Source: Candidatus Aminicenantes bacterium
GTDB taxonomy: Bacteria > Acidobacteriota > Aminicenantia > Aminicenantales > Saccharicenantaceae
DNA: 55,785 nucleotides
Assembly: GCA_016867635.1 (NCBI GenBank)
Contig: VGJC01000003.1
Coordinates: 1-55,785, forward strand
Direction: 5' to 3'
Position 1 is the first letter of the stretch, and each line of letters starts with the position of its first letter. Positions 19,119 through 29,279 of the stretch are shown piece after piece. Below the pieces are notes generated by a model. The model worked only from the letters and a program-made list of their open reading frames with translations. It did no database searches and had not been told where the DNA came from. The translations under genes were made by a program, and so were the position numbers.

Positions 19119-20897
19119 GTGGTCGAAACTCTGAGCCAGCTCTTCCTCAACACCGTCCGGACCTATGCTAAAGACGCCCTGATGATGGTCAAGAAAGAGG
19201 GGCACTTCGTCCCTCTGTCGACGGCCGATGTCGCCGAGCGCGTCAAGGATCTGTCGCTGGGCCTGCGGGACCTGGGTTTCGGGCCCGGGGACAAGCTGGT
19301 CATCTTCTCCGAGAACAGGCCGGAGTGGACGATCACGGATTTCGCGACGCTTTGCGCGGGCGGCGTCACCGTCCCGATCTACCCCTCGCTCATGCCCGAC
19401 CAGGTCAAGTACATCATCAACGATTCGGAGGCCAAGGTCGTGGTCTGCTCGAACCGGCTCCTCTGGCTGAAGGTCGAGGCCGTCCGGAGAGAGCTGCCCT
19501 CCGTGCGCCATTTCATCCTCGTCGAAGAGGAGGCGCCCGAGGGGGTCATGAGCCTGGCGGAGGTCATGGGGCGGGGCAAGACCCTGGCCGCCTCCGGCCC
19601 CGAGCTCTTCGAGAAAGCGGCCCTGGCCGTCCGGCCCGACGACCTGGCTTCGATCATCTACACCTCGGGCACGACGGGCATCCCCAAGGGCGTCATGCTG
19701 AGCCACGCGAATTTCGTCTCCAACAGCAAGGCCCTGGATTCGGTCGTCGAGTTCACCCGCAGCGACACGATCCTGTCGTTCCTCCCGCTGTCGCACGTGC
19801 TGGAGCGCATGACGACGTTCTCGTTCCTCTACAAAGGGGCGACCATCGCCTACGCGGAAAGTATCGAGACGGTGGCCGCGAACCTCCTCGAGGTCCGGCC
19901 GACCATCATGATCAGCGTCCCCCGCCTGTTCGACAAGATCTACGCCAAGGTCATGGACAACATCCTGACCCAATCGGCCCTCAAGAGGCGGATCTTCTTC
20001 TGGGCCCTGCGGGTGGGCAAGAAATACGGGGCCCTGAAGATCCGCCATCAACCCGTCCCCCCGGGCCTCCGGGCGCGGCGGAACCTGGCCGCCAAGCTGG
20101 TCTTTTCCAAGATCGTCGAAAAGACCGGAGGCCGGGTCCGGTTCTTCGTCTCCGGCGGCGCGCCGCTGTCCAAGGACGTGGCCGAGTTCTTTTACGCCAT
20201 CGGCATCACTATCCTCGAGGGCTACGGGCTGACCGAGACCGCTCCCGTGCTGGCCTGCAACACTTTCGACAAGATGAAGTTCGGGACGGTCGGCCCGGTC
20301 ATCCCGGGCGTCGAGGTGACCATCGCCCCCGACGGCGAGATCCTGGCCCGCGGCCCGAACGTCATGAAAGGGTACTTCAAGAAGGAGCAGGAGACGCGCG
20401 AGGCCATGGCCGGAGGCTGGTTCCATACCGGCGACATCGGCCATTTCGACGAGGAGGGCTTCCTGGTCATCACGGACCGCAAGAAGGACCTCATCATCAC
20501 CGCCGGCGGGAAGAATGTCGCCCCCCAGCCCATCGAGAACCGCATCAAGACGAACCCTTACATCCAGAGCGCCGTCGTCGTCGGGGCCGGCCGGAAGTTC
20601 ATTTCGGCCCTCATCGTGCCGGATTTCGACAAGCTCGAGGTCTACGCCCGGGGGAACGGCATCCCCTTCGCCAGCCGTTCGGAGCTGGCCCGCAGGGACG
20701 AGATCGCGAGCTTCCTGCTGGCCGAGGTCAACAGGTCGACCCCCGAGCTGGCGTCCTACGAGCGGGTCAAGAAGATCGCCGTCCTCGACCGCGATTTCGA
20801 GCAGGATTTGGACGAGGTCACGCCGACCCTCAAGGTCAAGCGGAGCATCGTCGAGGCCAAGTTCAAGGGGCTCATCGACTCCCTCTACACCGAATAG
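19119..20897 (+). CDS. Long-chain fatty acid--CoA ligase
   Basis: YTSGTTGIPKG, FLPLSH, GYGLTET, WFHTGDIG, DRKKDLI..AGGKNVAP, TPTLKVKR; GTG start after AGGAGG. Confidence 0.93.
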   Translation: MVETLSQLFLNTVRTYAKDALMMVKKEGHFVPLSTADVAERVKDLSLGLRDLGFGPGDKLVIFSENRPEWTITDFATLCAGGVTVPIYPSLMPDQVKYIINDSEAKVVVCSNRLLWLKVEAVRRELPSVRHFILVEEEAPEGVMSLAEVMGRGKTLAASGPELFEKAALAVRPDDLASIIYTSGTTGIPKGVMLSHANFVSNSKALDSVVEFTRSDTILSFLPLSHVLERMTTFSFLYKGATIAYAESIETVAANLLEVRPTIMISVPRLFDKIYAKVMDNILTQSALKRRIFFWALRVGKKYGALKIRHQPVPPGLRARRNLAAKLVFSKIVEKTGGRVRFFVSGGAPLSKDVAEFFYAIGITILEGYGLTETAPVLACNTFDKMKFGTVGPVIPGVEVTIAPDGEILARGPNVMKGYFKKEQETREAMAGGWFHTGDIGHFDEEGFLVITDRKKDLIITAGGKNVAPQPIENRIKTNPYIQSAVVVGAGRKFISALIVPDFDKLEVYARGNGIPFASRSELARRDEIASFLLAEVNRSTPELASYERVKKIAVLDRDFEQDLDEVTPTLKVKRSIVEAKFKGLIDSLYTE

Positions 20898-21143
20898 GCC
20901 TCGGGGATCGTCCTCGGTCGCTGCGGTGATTCCGGGCGCCTGCGAGGGAGGCCGGTCTCGGCGGCTCGCGAAACTCGCGGGATCCAGACCAGCCCTCAGG
21001 ATAGCAGGCTCAGACATCGCGAGCCGTCCTCTTCGAGGATGCCCTCGACCGGCCCCCTCTCCGTCTGAATCACCGCTTTAGGCTCCTTCGGACGATCCCC
21101 TCGGCCCTGGGTTTATCGGCCGTCCTCGGTCGCTGCGGTGATT
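20897..21143. repeat. ~214-bp nested-palindrome repeat, copy 2, plus a 23-bp restart
   Basis: Begins at the ligase stop codon and differs from copy 1 at two nearby places; 20909-20931 is repeated at 21121-21143. Confidence 0.95.
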
Positions 21144-21199
21144 TCTTGCGTGGGCGTGCGATAAAAACGGGCCCTCGAGCGTCTATAGCATGGAAGACG

Positions 21200-21940
21200 A
21201 TGAGCCCGAACATGCCGATTCCAGAGGAGACGCCCGAGGGCCGGGACGGCCACCGGGAGCGCTTGCGCCAAAAGTTCCTCAGGGGCGGGCTCTCGGGGTT
21301 CCTCGATCATGAGATCGTCGAGCTCCTTCTGACCCTGGGCACGCCCCGCCGGGACTGCCGGGAGGCGGCCCGCCGGGCCATGAGGGAATTCAAGAGCTTC
21401 CGCAGCGTTCTCGAAGCCCCAGCGCAGGACCTGGAGAGGATCCCCGGCATCGGCCGACGGAACGTCCTGGGGATCAAGCTCATCCACGAGGTCTCGAGGC
21501 GCTTCCTCAAGGACCGGATGATGAGCCGGCCCGTCTGCCATTCCTCGCGGGAGGTTTACGACTACCTCTGCCACGCCCTGCGGGACCTGCGGACGGAGCG
21601 GTTCAAGGTCCTTTTCCTGGACGCCAAAAATCAGGTCCTCGAGGAGAAGACGCTGTTCGAGGGCACGGTGGATTCGAGCGCCGTCTACCCCCGGGAGGTC
21701 ATCAAGGACGCCCTGCGCTACGAGGCTTCGGCGCTGATCTTCGCCCACAACCACCCGTCGGGCGACCCCGAACCCTCGCTCTGCGACCGGGAGATCACCC
21801 GGGACCTGATCTTCGCCGCGCGCCTGGTCCAGATCAAGGTCCTCGACCACATCATCGTCGGGAACAACCGCTATTTCAGCTTCGCCGACCAGGGGCTGAT
21901 CGAGGAATACGGCCTCGTTTTCCCGGGTCTCGAGAGGTGA
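21200..21940 (+). CDS. radC: RadC/JAB-domain protein
   Basis: GHRERLR.KF, Hh[32 protein letters not shown]. Confidence 0.93.
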   Translation: MSPNMPIPEETPEGRDGHRERLRQKFLRGGLSGFLDHEIVELLLTLGTPRRDCREAARRAMREFKSFRSVLEAPAQDLERIPGIGRRNVLGIKLIHEVSRRFLKDRMMSRPVCHSSREVYDYLCHALRDLRTERFKVLFLDAKNQVLEEKTLFEGTVDSSAVYPREVIKDALRYEASALIFAHNHPSGDPEPSLCDREITRDLIFAARLVQIKVLDHIIVGNNRYFSFADQGLIEEYGLVFPGLER

Positions 21941-22091
21941 GGCGCGGCGGGTGAAGGGCACAAAGAGATTGAAAGAGAGGCCCGTTCCGGGTAAACTCGG
22001 GAACGTGAGAAAAGCTCCGACAAGCAGGGCGGGAACGGGTCAGGAATCCGCGGAGAGGACGAGGAGATCCCCCATCGACCAAGGAGGTCCC

Positions 22092-23144
22092 ATGAAAGAG
22101 ATCGACGCTGACGAGAAGCAGACATCGCGCGGCAAGGCCATCGAAGCCGCCCTGTCCCAGATCGAAAAGCAGTTCGGCAAGGGCACGGTCATGAAGCTCG
22201 GCCAGAAGGGCGCGGCCGTGGCCATCGAAGCCATCCCGACAGGCTCGATCTCGTTCGACCTGGCCCTGGGGATCGGCGGGTTCCCGCGCGGCCGGGTCGT
22301 CGAGATCTTCGGCCCGGAGGCCACCGGCAAGACGACCCTCGCCCTCCACGTCATCGCCGAGGCCCAGAAGCGGGGAGGCCAGGCCGCCTTCATCGACGCC
22401 GAGCACGCCCTCGACGCCACCTACGCGGCCCGGGTCGGGATCGACGTCGACAATCTCCTCATCTCCCAGCCCGACTACGGGGAGCAGGCCCTGGAGATCG
22501 CCGAGGTCCTGGTCCGCAGCGGGGCCGTCGACGTCGTGGTCGTCGATTCCGTGGCCGCCCTGGTCCCCAAGGCCGAGCTGGAAGGCGAGATGGGCGACTC
22601 CCACATGGGGCTCCAGGCCAGGCTCATGTCCCAGGCCCTGCGCAAGCTCACGGCCATCGTCGCCCGCTCCAAGACCTGCTTCGTTTTCATCAACCAGATC
22701 CGCGAGAAGATCGGCATGTTCATCGGCAACCCCGAAACGACGACCGGAGGACGGGCCCTGAAGTTCTACTCATCCATGCGCATCGACGTCCGCAGGCTGT
22801 CCATCCTCAAGGACGGCGACCAGGTCGTGGGCAACCGGGCCAAGGTCAAGGTCGTCAAGAACAAGATGGCCCCGCCCTTCCGGGAAGCCCAATTCGACAT
22901 CATCTTCGGCGAGGGCATCTCCCGGGAAGGCGACCTGGTGGACGTCGGTTTCGAGACCGGCATCCTGGACAAGAGCGGAACCTGGTATTCGTACAAGAAC
23001 GAGCGCCTGGGCCAGGGCCGCGACAACGTCAGAAAGCTGTTCAAGGAGAACCCGGAGCTGGCGGCCCGCCTCGAAGAGGAGATCCGCCGCAAGGTCGGGC
23101 TTCTGCCCGAGAAGGCCGCCGCGGAGAAAAGCGCCGCGAAGTGA
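22092..23144 (+). CDS. recA: Recombinase RecA
   Basis: [54 protein letters not shown]; AAGGAGG RBS. Confidence 0.98.
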   Translation: MKEIDADEKQTSRGKAIEAALSQIEKQFGKGTVMKLGQKGAAVAIEAIPTGSISFDLALGIGGFPRGRVVEIFGPEATGKTTLALHVIAEAQKRGGQAAFIDAEHALDATYAARVGIDVDNLLISQPDYGEQALEIAEVLVRSGAVDVVVVDSVAALVPKAELEGEMGDSHMGLQARLMSQALRKLTAIVARSKTCFVFINQIREKIGMFIGNPETTTGGRALKFYSSMRIDVRRLSILKDGDQVVGNRAKVKVVKNKMAPPFREAQFDIIFGEGISREGDLVDVGFETGILDKSGTWYSYKNERLGQGRDNVRKLFKENPELAARLEEEIRRKVGLLPEKAAAEKSAAK

Positions 23145-23150
23145 CTTGCC

Positions 23151-23175
23151 TAATCCCTACTTATATGGTAGGATT
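23151..23175. promoter_or_regulatory. Palindromic operator candidate upstream of sod-phr
   Basis: AT-rich inverted repeat CCTAC-N7-GTAGG (23156-23172) flanked by AATC/ATT. Confidence 0.5.
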
Positions 23176-23222
23176 TTATCGTTAGAGCGCGGGCGCTCAC
23201 ACCACCCAAGGAGGGACAGACC

Positions 23223-23801
23223 ATGACCTACACCGCCAAAGACTACGGCCGGCTCATCGGCATGCCCGGATTCAGCGAGACGCTCCTCAAGAACCACTTC
23301 ACGCTCTATCAGGGTTACGTCACCAACACCAACAAGGTCCTCGACACGCTGGGCCAGATGGCCAAGGACGGCAAGGCGGCGACGCCGGAGTTCGCCGAGC
23401 TCAAGCGGCGTCTCGGCTGGGAGTTCAACGGCATGAGGCTCCACGAGTACTATTTCGAGAACCTCGGCGGAACGGGCGCGCTCGACCCGAGCGGCAGGCT
23501 CGGGAAGCAGTTGGCCGCGCAGTTCGGCGGCATCGAGGCCTGGGAGAAGGAATTCCGGGCCACGGGGGCCATGCGCGGCATCGGCTGGGCCGTCCTCTAC
23601 GAGGACCCGGCCAACGGGCGGCTCATCAACTTCTGGATCAATGAGCACGACGTCAGCCACCCCGCGGGGTGCCGCCCCCTGCTCATCATGGACGTCTTCG
23701 AGCACGCGTTCATGGTCGATTACGGGTTGAAGCGGGCCGACTACATCGAGGCCTTCTTCAAGAACATCGACTGGAAGGCCGTCGAGTCCAGGCTCAAGTA
23801 G
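23223..23801 (+). CDS. Fe/Mn superoxide dismutase family protein (short, ChrC-like)
   Basis: NH..LYQGYV..N, NG..LHEYYF, GWAVL and DVFEHAF metal-ligand motifs. Confidence 0.88.
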   Translation: MTYTAKDYGRLIGMPGFSETLLKNHFTLYQGYVTNTNKVLDTLGQMAKDGKAATPEFAELKRRLGWEFNGMRLHEYYFENLGGTGALDPSGRLGKQLAAQFGGIEAWEKEFRATGAMRGIGWAVLYEDPANGRLINFWINEHDVSHPAGCRPLLIMDVFEHAFMVDYGLKRADYIEAFFKNIDWKAVESRLK

Positions 23802-23843
23802 GACCGTCGGGCCGGGAAGACCGGCGGCGGCCCGGGACGAACG

Positions 23844-25217
23844 ATGGCGGCCCCGGCGATCAGCCCCGACAGGGTCCGGGCTCTCAACGACGGCAAGATC
23901 CTCGACCGCGAGGTCGTCGTCTACTGGATGCAGGCGGCCCAGCGGGCCGATGCCAACCACGCCCTCGAATTCGCCGTCGGGCAGGCCAACGCGCTGCGGA
24001 AACCTCTGGCCGTCCTGTTCGGCTTGACCGACAGCTATCCCGAAGCCAACGAGCGTCACTATGCGTTCATGCTCGAGGGCTTGAAGGAGACGCAGGCGTC
24101 GCTGCGGGAGCGCGGCATCCCGATGGTCGTCCGGTTGGGTGAGCCAGACGCGGCCGTCTCCGAGCTCGGCCGGCGGGCCTGCCTGGTCGTCACCGACGAC
24201 GGGTACGTCCGCATCGAGAGGAAATGGCGGCGGGCCGCGGCGGCCGCTCTGCCCTGCGCCCTCGTTCAGGTCGACACGAACACGGTCGTCCCCGTGCCGG
24301 CCGCTTCCACCAAAGAGGAGTACGCGGCGGCCACCCTGCGCCCCAAGATCCATCGCCTGCTCGACGGGTTCCTCAAGCCCTGTCCCCGGGTCCCCTTGCG
24401 GAAGGAGTCCGACCGGCCCCCTCTCGAATCCTGGGACATCGACGACACGCCCAAAGCCCTGGCCCGGCTGGACCTCGACCGGAGCGTCGCGGGAGTAGCC
24501 GGGTTGCGCGGAGGGGCCTCAGAGGCCGCCCGCAAGCTCCGGCGCTTCGTCAGGGAGGGCCTCGAGGCCTATGCCGAGGCCCGGAACGACCCGACCCTCG
24601 ACGGTCAGTCCGGGTTGAGCCCGTACCTGCATTTCGGTCAGATCTCCCCGCTCGCCGTGGCCTTGGCCGTGAAGAAGGGGACGCGCTACGGGCAGGCCGC
24701 TTTCCTCGAGGAGCTCATCGTCCGGAGGGAGCTGAGCCTGAATTTCGTTCTCTACAACCGGGCTTACGACCGGTTCGAAGGGCTCCCCGACTGGTGCCGC
24801 TCGACCCTTCTCGAGCACGGGAAGGCTCCCCGGGAATTCGTCTACACCCGGGGCGAGTTCGAGCGCGGCGCGACCCACGACCCGTACTGGAACGCCGCCC
24901 AGAAGGAAATGGTCCTGACCGGGAAGATGCACGGCTACATGCGCATGTACTGGGGCAAGAAGATCCTGGAGTGGTCGGCGTCGCCGCGGGACGCGTTCCG
25001 TACGGCCCTGCATCTCAATAACAAGTACGAGCTCGACGGACGGGACGCCAACGGGTTCGCGGGCGTGGCGTGGTGCTTCGGGAAGCACGACCGGCCCTGG
25101 GCCCGGCGGCCCGTCTACGGCACGGTCCGGACCATGACCGCCGGGGGCCTGAGGCGTAAATTCGACGCCGACGCCTATGTCCGGAAGATCGAGCGGCTTG
25201 CGGCCCCCGGCCGCTGA
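23844..25217 (+). CDS. phr: Deoxyribodipyrimidine photolyase (class II CPD type)
   Basis: VYWM...R...N.AL, SGLSPYLHFGQIS, EELIVRREL, THDPYWNAAQ, MHGYMRMYWGKKILEW, DGRDANG. Confidence 0.93.
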   Translation: MAAPAISPDRVRALNDGKILDREVVVYWMQAAQRADANHALEFAVGQANALRKPLAVLFGLTDSYPEANERHYAFMLEGLKETQASLRERGIPMVVRLGEPDAAVSELGRRACLVVTDDGYVRIERKWRRAAAAALPCALVQVDTNTVVPVPAASTKEEYAAATLRPKIHRLLDGFLKPCPRVPLRKESDRPPLESWDIDDTPKALARLDLDRSVAGVAGLRGGASEAARKLRRFVREGLEAYAEARNDPTLDGQSGLSPYLHFGQISPLAVALAVKKGTRYGQAAFLEELIVRRELSLNFVLYNRAYDRFEGLPDWCRSTLLEHGKAPREFVYTRGEFERGATHDPYWNAAQKEMVLTGKMHGYMRMYWGKKILEWSASPRDAFRTALHLNNKYELDGRDANGFAGVAWCFGKHDRPWARRPVYGTVRTMTAGGLRRKFDADAYVRKIERLAAPGR

Positions 25218-25348
25218 GCCGTCATCGGCCATCAGCGGTGTCCCTGTTTTTCCACATCAGGGAACGGCCGCGCGCTCGTCGGGTCATTTCGTCGCTCCTC
25301 GGGACAGATCGTTCGTCGCCCGAGGATAGCACACGGGTGGAAGGGAAA

Positions 25349-25591
25349 TTAAAGCCCGAGCGGGCCGGCGGTCGACAAGGCGTATCTTCGGATCTTGTGA
25401 TAGAGGGTCGAGCGGGAGATCCCCAGGATCCTCGAGACCTCGGCCCGGTTGTCGTCGGTGACCTCGAGGAGGAAGCCGATGTAGTCCTTCTCCAGGTCGC
25501 GGAGGGTCGGGAATCCCGCCGGCCGGGAGAATTCGCGCAGCTCGTCCAGCCCCAGGTAGCGCTGGAGGTAAACGTTCACGGGCGACCTCAC
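25349..25591 (-). CDS. Stand-alone Fis-type helix-turn-helix protein
   Basis: TLRDLEKDYI...LE....NRAEVSRILGISRSTLYHKIRRY matches the C-terminal HTH of sigma54 activators; GTGA overlap with the upstream gene. Confidence 0.75.
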   Translation of the reverse strand: MRSPVNVYLQRYLGLDELREFSRPAGFPTLRDLEKDYIGFLLEVTDDNRAEVSRILGISRSTLYHKIRRYALSTAGPLGL

Positions 25592-26145
25592 CGCGAGCGC
25601 GCTTGCTGGACCAGCCGCATGTTGTTGACGACCACGAAAGACAGGACGGCGTTGGTGGCCGTGGTCATGACCCAGGCCATGGTCTTGTTCTTCTTGAACA
25701 CGGCCTTCATGCTCCAGTAGGAGAGGGCCGTGGTCCCGATCTTGATGGCGGCGAAGGCGGCCGGGCTCTTGACGAAGGGCTTCATCAGCGGGTTGGTCTC
25801 CTCAAGGCCAGGGTACTTGAGAGCTTCCACGGTCGAGAAGTAGTCGGCGGCGTTGAGACCGATCATGAGCGCCAAATTGGCGTTGAAGAGGGCTTTGCCG
25901 GCGCCGGGGGACACGGCGGGGGAAGGGAGGGGGCGCGGGAACTGCAAGCTCGTCGATGACGGGATGAGGAAGCCGTCAAAGGCCGGCTCCTGGGTGGTGA
26001 GAGGGGGCGGGGCGCCCAAGACGACGGCCGGGGCCGGGAGGAGAGCCGTGGCCACGAGGATCTCGCTTGCGGGAACCGCGGCTCGCACGGGAGCATAGAA
26101 GACCAGCAAGACAAGGGCCGAAAGGATGAAGATCCGGTTTTTCAT
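25588..26145 (-). CDS. Exported/membrane hypothetical protein (Pro-rich linker, C-terminal DUF5658-like domain)
   Basis: AAGGAG RBS 8 nt before ATG 26145; signal-peptide-like N-terminus; D..ST...L.....E.NPLM motif with hydrophobic helices. Confidence 0.7.
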   Translation of the reverse strand: MKNRIFILSALVLLVFYAPVRAAVPASEILVATALLPAPAVVLGAPPPLTTQEPAFDGFLIPSSTSLQFPRPLPSPAVSPGAGKALFNANLALMIGLNAADYFSTVEALKYPGLEETNPLMKPFVKSPAAFAAIKIGTTALSYWSMKAVFKKNKTMAWVMTTATNAVLSFVVVNNMRLVQQARSR

Positions 26146-26183
26146 AGGCATCGCTCCTTTTCCTTTGAACACGCCACTTGTAC

Positions 26184-26199
26184 CGCAAGAACGATGCCA
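26184..26199 (-). promoter_or_regulatory. Sigma54 (-24/-12) promoter
   Basis: Minus strand reads TGGCATC-GTTC-TTGCG, matching TGGCAC-N5-TTGC spacing, about 40 bp upstream of the 26145 start. Confidence 0.75.
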
Positions 26200-26274
26200 T
26201 CGCCTTGAAACTAATGTAACTAACAGATATAAAATACTATAAGTCTATCTTGATGGAAAACGGCCATAAGACAG

Positions 26275-26295
26275 AGTGTATATATATAGGACACT
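26275..26295. promoter_or_regulatory. Putative enhancer (UAS) for a sigma54 activator
   Basis: AGTGT-N11-ACACT inverted repeat in an AT-rich island about 80-95 bp upstream of the -24 element. Confidence 0.5.
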
Positions 26296-26372
26296 TAGTA
26301 TCTTGATAGTCTTTTTATTTATATTATTATGTATGATTTATAATAATATCGTAATATATGTACTATAATTGC

Positions 26373-29132
26373 TCACTTATCTCGTTTTTTTTTGGGAGCT
26401 CGGGCCTCCGGGAGCTTGACGCTCCCCAAGCATTCCCTGAGGTACTTCGCGGTGACGGAGGCGCGGCTCGCGGCCACCTGCTCTGGAGTCCCTTGGGCGA
26501 CAAGGCGCCCCCCGTCCCGTCCGCCCTCCGGCCCGAGGTCGATGACGTGGTCGGCGCTCTTGATGACGTCCAGGTTATGCTCGATGACGACGACCGTATG
26601 GCCTTCGTTGACGAGCCTCTGGAAGGACCGCAGGAGGACGGCGACGTCGTTCGGGTGGAGACCGATGGTCGGCTCGTCGAAGAGGTAGAGGACCTTTTTG
26701 CCCTTCTCGTGGACGAGGTGATAGGCCAGCTTGATCCTCTGCAGCTCGCCTCCCGACAGCGTCGTGGTGGGCTGCCCGAGCTTGAGATAGCCGAGGCCGA
26801 CCTCGACCAGAGGATAGAGCTTCCGGGTGATCTCCGTCCGCCCGGCGAAGAACAGGCAGGCTTCGGTGACGCTCATGGCCAGGATCTGGTCGATGTTCTT
26901 GGCGTTCCAGCGGATATCGAGGATCTCGGGCTTGAACCTCCGGCCCTTGCACGCGTCGCAGACCAGGGTGACGTCCGAGAGGAATTGCATCTCGACGACC
27001 TGGAACCCGGCGCCCTTGCAGACCTCGCACCGGCCGCCCGCCGTGTTGAAGGAGAAATACCCGGGCCGGAATCCCATGAGCCTGGATTCGCGGACCTGGC
27101 TGAAGAGGCTGCGGATGCCGTCCATGGCCTTGGTGTAGGTGGCCGGGATGGACCGCGGGGAGGCGCTCAGGGGAGACTGATCGACCATGATGATCCGGTT
27201 GACGAGGTCCCGCCCGCGGATGTCCCCGAAACCGTTGCCGCCGGGGTCCTCGAAACCCTGGTAGAGGACGTCGTGGAGGAGGGTGCTCTTGCCCGAGCCC
27301 GAAACGCCCGTGACACAGGTGAAAACGCCGAGCGGGACCTTGACGTTGAGATGCTTGAGGTTGTGCTTGCGGGCGTCGCGGATCTCGAGGAACGTCCGGC
27401 CCGTCCGCCGCGAGGCCGGCACGGGGATCTCCTTGTCCCCCCGGATGTATTGGGCGGTCAGGGAGCTCCGGCTGCGGACGAAGGCGGGCCAGGGCCCCTC
27501 GAATACGACTTCTCCGCCCGCCTCCCCGGCCCTCGGGCCCATGTCGACGATGTGTTCCGCGGCCCGCACGATGTCCGGGTCGTGCTCGACGACGACGACC
27601 GTGTTGCCGATGTCTTTGAGGGACCGCAGGATCTGAATGAGGCGGTGATTGTCCCGGGGGTGGAGGCCGATGGACGGCTCATCGAGCACGAACAGGGTGC
27701 CGACGAGGGAGGCGCTGAGGGCCGCGGCCAGATTGATGCGCTGGGCCTCCCCGCCGCTGAGGGTGAACGTCATGCGGTCGAGGGCGATATAGTCGAGGCC
27801 GACCTCGAGAAGGAACCGGAGGCGGTTGCGGATCTCGACGATAAGCTTGTCGGCGACCCGGGCTTCGAAGGGCGGAAGACGGACCTCGGCCAGAAAATCC
27901 GAGGCCTCGCGGACGGTCATCCTGACGAAGTCGCCGATGTTGAGACCCTGGACCTTGACGCCGAGGGCCCGGGGATTGAGGCGTGTCTTCGAACAGGCGG
28001 GGCAGGGGACGTATGTTCTGTAGCGGCTGAGAAGGACCCGGACCTGGACCTTGTACTTCTTGGACTGAAGCCATTCGAAAAAGCCCTTGACCCCGGCGTA
28101 GTTGTCCCCGCCGTCGAGGACGAACCGTTGATGCTCCGGCTTGAGGTCCTGGAAGGGGACGTTGACCGGGATGCGCCGCCGTCGGGCCTCGGTCAGGAGC
28201 TCGCGCTGCAGACTCTTGGACAGGGGTTTCGTCCAGGGCTCGACGGCGCCCTGCTCCAGGCTCTTGGCGCGGTCGGGCACGACCTTGTCCTCGTCGATGA
28301 CGGCCAGGTCGCCGAACCCGTGGCAGTCGGGGCAGGCGCCCTGGGGGCTGTTGAAGGAGAAGAGGTTGGGGTAGGGGTCTTCGATCGTCACTCGGCAAGC
28401 CTTGCACTCGAGCTTGTCGGAGAACCTGAATTCGCGACCGTCCTCGGTCTGGACGCGGGCCCGCCCGCCCCCTCTCTTCATGGCCATTTCCAGGGAATCG
28501 GCCAGCCGTTCGCGCTCGTCGACGCCGACGGCGACGCGGTCGACCAGAATGTCCAGGGACGTTGTCCGCGATGGGACGGAATCGACGGCCGCGACCCGCC
28601 CTCCGACGACCGCCCGCGTGAACCCGTCCTTCTTGAGAAGGGCCAGGCCGCGTTCCCGGGGCCAGGCGAAGGTGATGAGGGCCTTCTCGCCGGGCCCTTC
28701 CCGAAGGAGCTCGTCGATAATCCCGTCGATGGTGTCGCGCCGGACGGGCCGGCCGCAGGCGGGGCAGTGGACGGTCCCGATGCGGGCGTACAGGACGCGG
28801 AGGAAATCGTAGATCTCGGTGACCGTGGCCACGGTCGACCGCGGGTTCTTGGTGACCGCCTTCTGCTGGATGGCCACGGCCGGCGGGATGCCGTCGATGA
28901 GGTCGGCGTCGGGCTTGTCCATGCGCTCGAGGAACTGGCGGGCGTAGGACGACAGGGACTCGATGTAGCGTCTCTGCCCTTCCGCGTAGAGAGTGTCGAA
29001 GGCCAGGGAGGACTTGCCCGAGCCGCTAACGCCGGTCACGACGATGAGCTTGTTGAGGGGGACGTCGAGATCGATGTTCTTGAGGTTGTGGACCTTGACC
29101 CCGCGGAGCAGGATCTTCTCTGTGGTCGTCAT
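26373..29132 (-). CDS. uvrA: Excinuclease ABC subunit UvrA
   Basis: HNLKNI, two GVSGSGKS Walker A motifs, [30 protein letters not shown] zinc finger, LSGGELQR. Confidence 0.96.
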   Translation of the reverse strand: MTTTEKILLRGVKVHNLKNIDLDVPLNKLIVVTGVSGSGKSSLAFDTLYAEGQRRYIESLSSYARQFLERMDKPDADLIDGIPPAVAIQQKAVTKNPRSTVATVTEIYDFLRVLYARIGTVHCPACGRPVRRDTIDGIIDELLREGPGEKALITFAWPRERGLALLKKDGFTRAVVGGRVAAVDSVPSRTTSLDILVDRVAVGVDERERLADSLEMAMKRGGGRARVQTEDGREFRFSDKLECKACRVTIEDPYPNLFSFNSPQGACPDCHGFGDLAVIDEDKVVPDRAKSLEQGAVEPWTKPLSKSLQRELLTEARRRRIPVNVPFQDLKPEHQRFVLDGGDNYAGVKGFFEWLQSKKYKVQVRVLLSRYRTYVPCPACSKTRLNPRALGVKVQGLNIGDFVRMTVREASDFLAEVRLPPFEARVADKLIVEIRNRLRFLLEVGLDYIALDRMTFTLSGGEAQRINLAAALSASLVGTLFVLDEPSIGLHPRDNHRLIQILRSLKDIGNTVVVVEHDPDIVRAAEHIVDMGPRAGEAGGEVVFEGPWPAFVRSRSSLTAQYIRGDKEIPVPASRRTGRTFLEIRDARKHNLKHLNVKVPLGVFTCVTGVSGSGKSTLLHDVLYQGFEDPGGNGFGDIRGRDLVNRIIMVDQSPLSASPRSIPATYTKAMDGIRSLFSQVRESRLMGFRPGYFSFNTAGGRCEVCKGAGFQVVEMQFLSDVTLVCDACKGRRFKPEILDIRWNAKNIDQILAMSVTEACLFFAGRTEITRKLYPLVEVGLGYLKLGQPTTTLSGGELQRIKLAYHLVHEKGKKVLYLFDEPTIGLHPNDVAVLLRSFQRLVNEGHTVVVIEHNLDVIKSADHVIDLGPEGGRDGGRLVAQGTPEQVAASRASVTAKYLRECLGSVKLPEARAPKKKRDK

Positions 29133-29279
29133 GGGGTCTATCCGAATTATCCATTATATCATGGCTTGGGCCCCAAGATGGAGCGTGTAAATGGTCCGTC
29201 CGGCCGCGCGGGCCAGGCTGAAAACAGAGTGAGGTCCTTGCCCCTATTTTGCTATAATGGTGAGCTCTGCGGAGGACCC

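Noticed and set aside
13904-21143. Repeats as a CRISPR array
   Set aside because: The 23-37-bp direct repeats occur only in pairs separated by an identical, not variable, ~175-190-bp sequence; no cas genes are present.
21200-21940. radC as a marker of a mobile element
   Set aside because: It is the full-length chromosomal form with an N-terminal HhH region, next to recA, with no integrase or conjugation genes nearby.
21941-22091. SOS (LexA) box upstream of recA
   Set aside because: GTTC/GAAC half-sites are present but not in a spacing I recognise (GAAC-N4-GTTC, GTTC-N7-GTTC or CTGT-N8-ACAG), and no matching site was seen before uvrA.
26205-26372. AT-rich island as oriC/DUE
   Set aside because: No cluster of DnaA boxes (only one near-match, TTTTCCACA at 25248, about 1 kb away); better explained as a sigma54 upstream region.
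29133-29279. yybP-ykoY manganese riboswitch before mntP
   Set aside because: The likely -10 (TATAAT 29253-29258) leaves only about 15 nt of leader, too short for the riboswitch.
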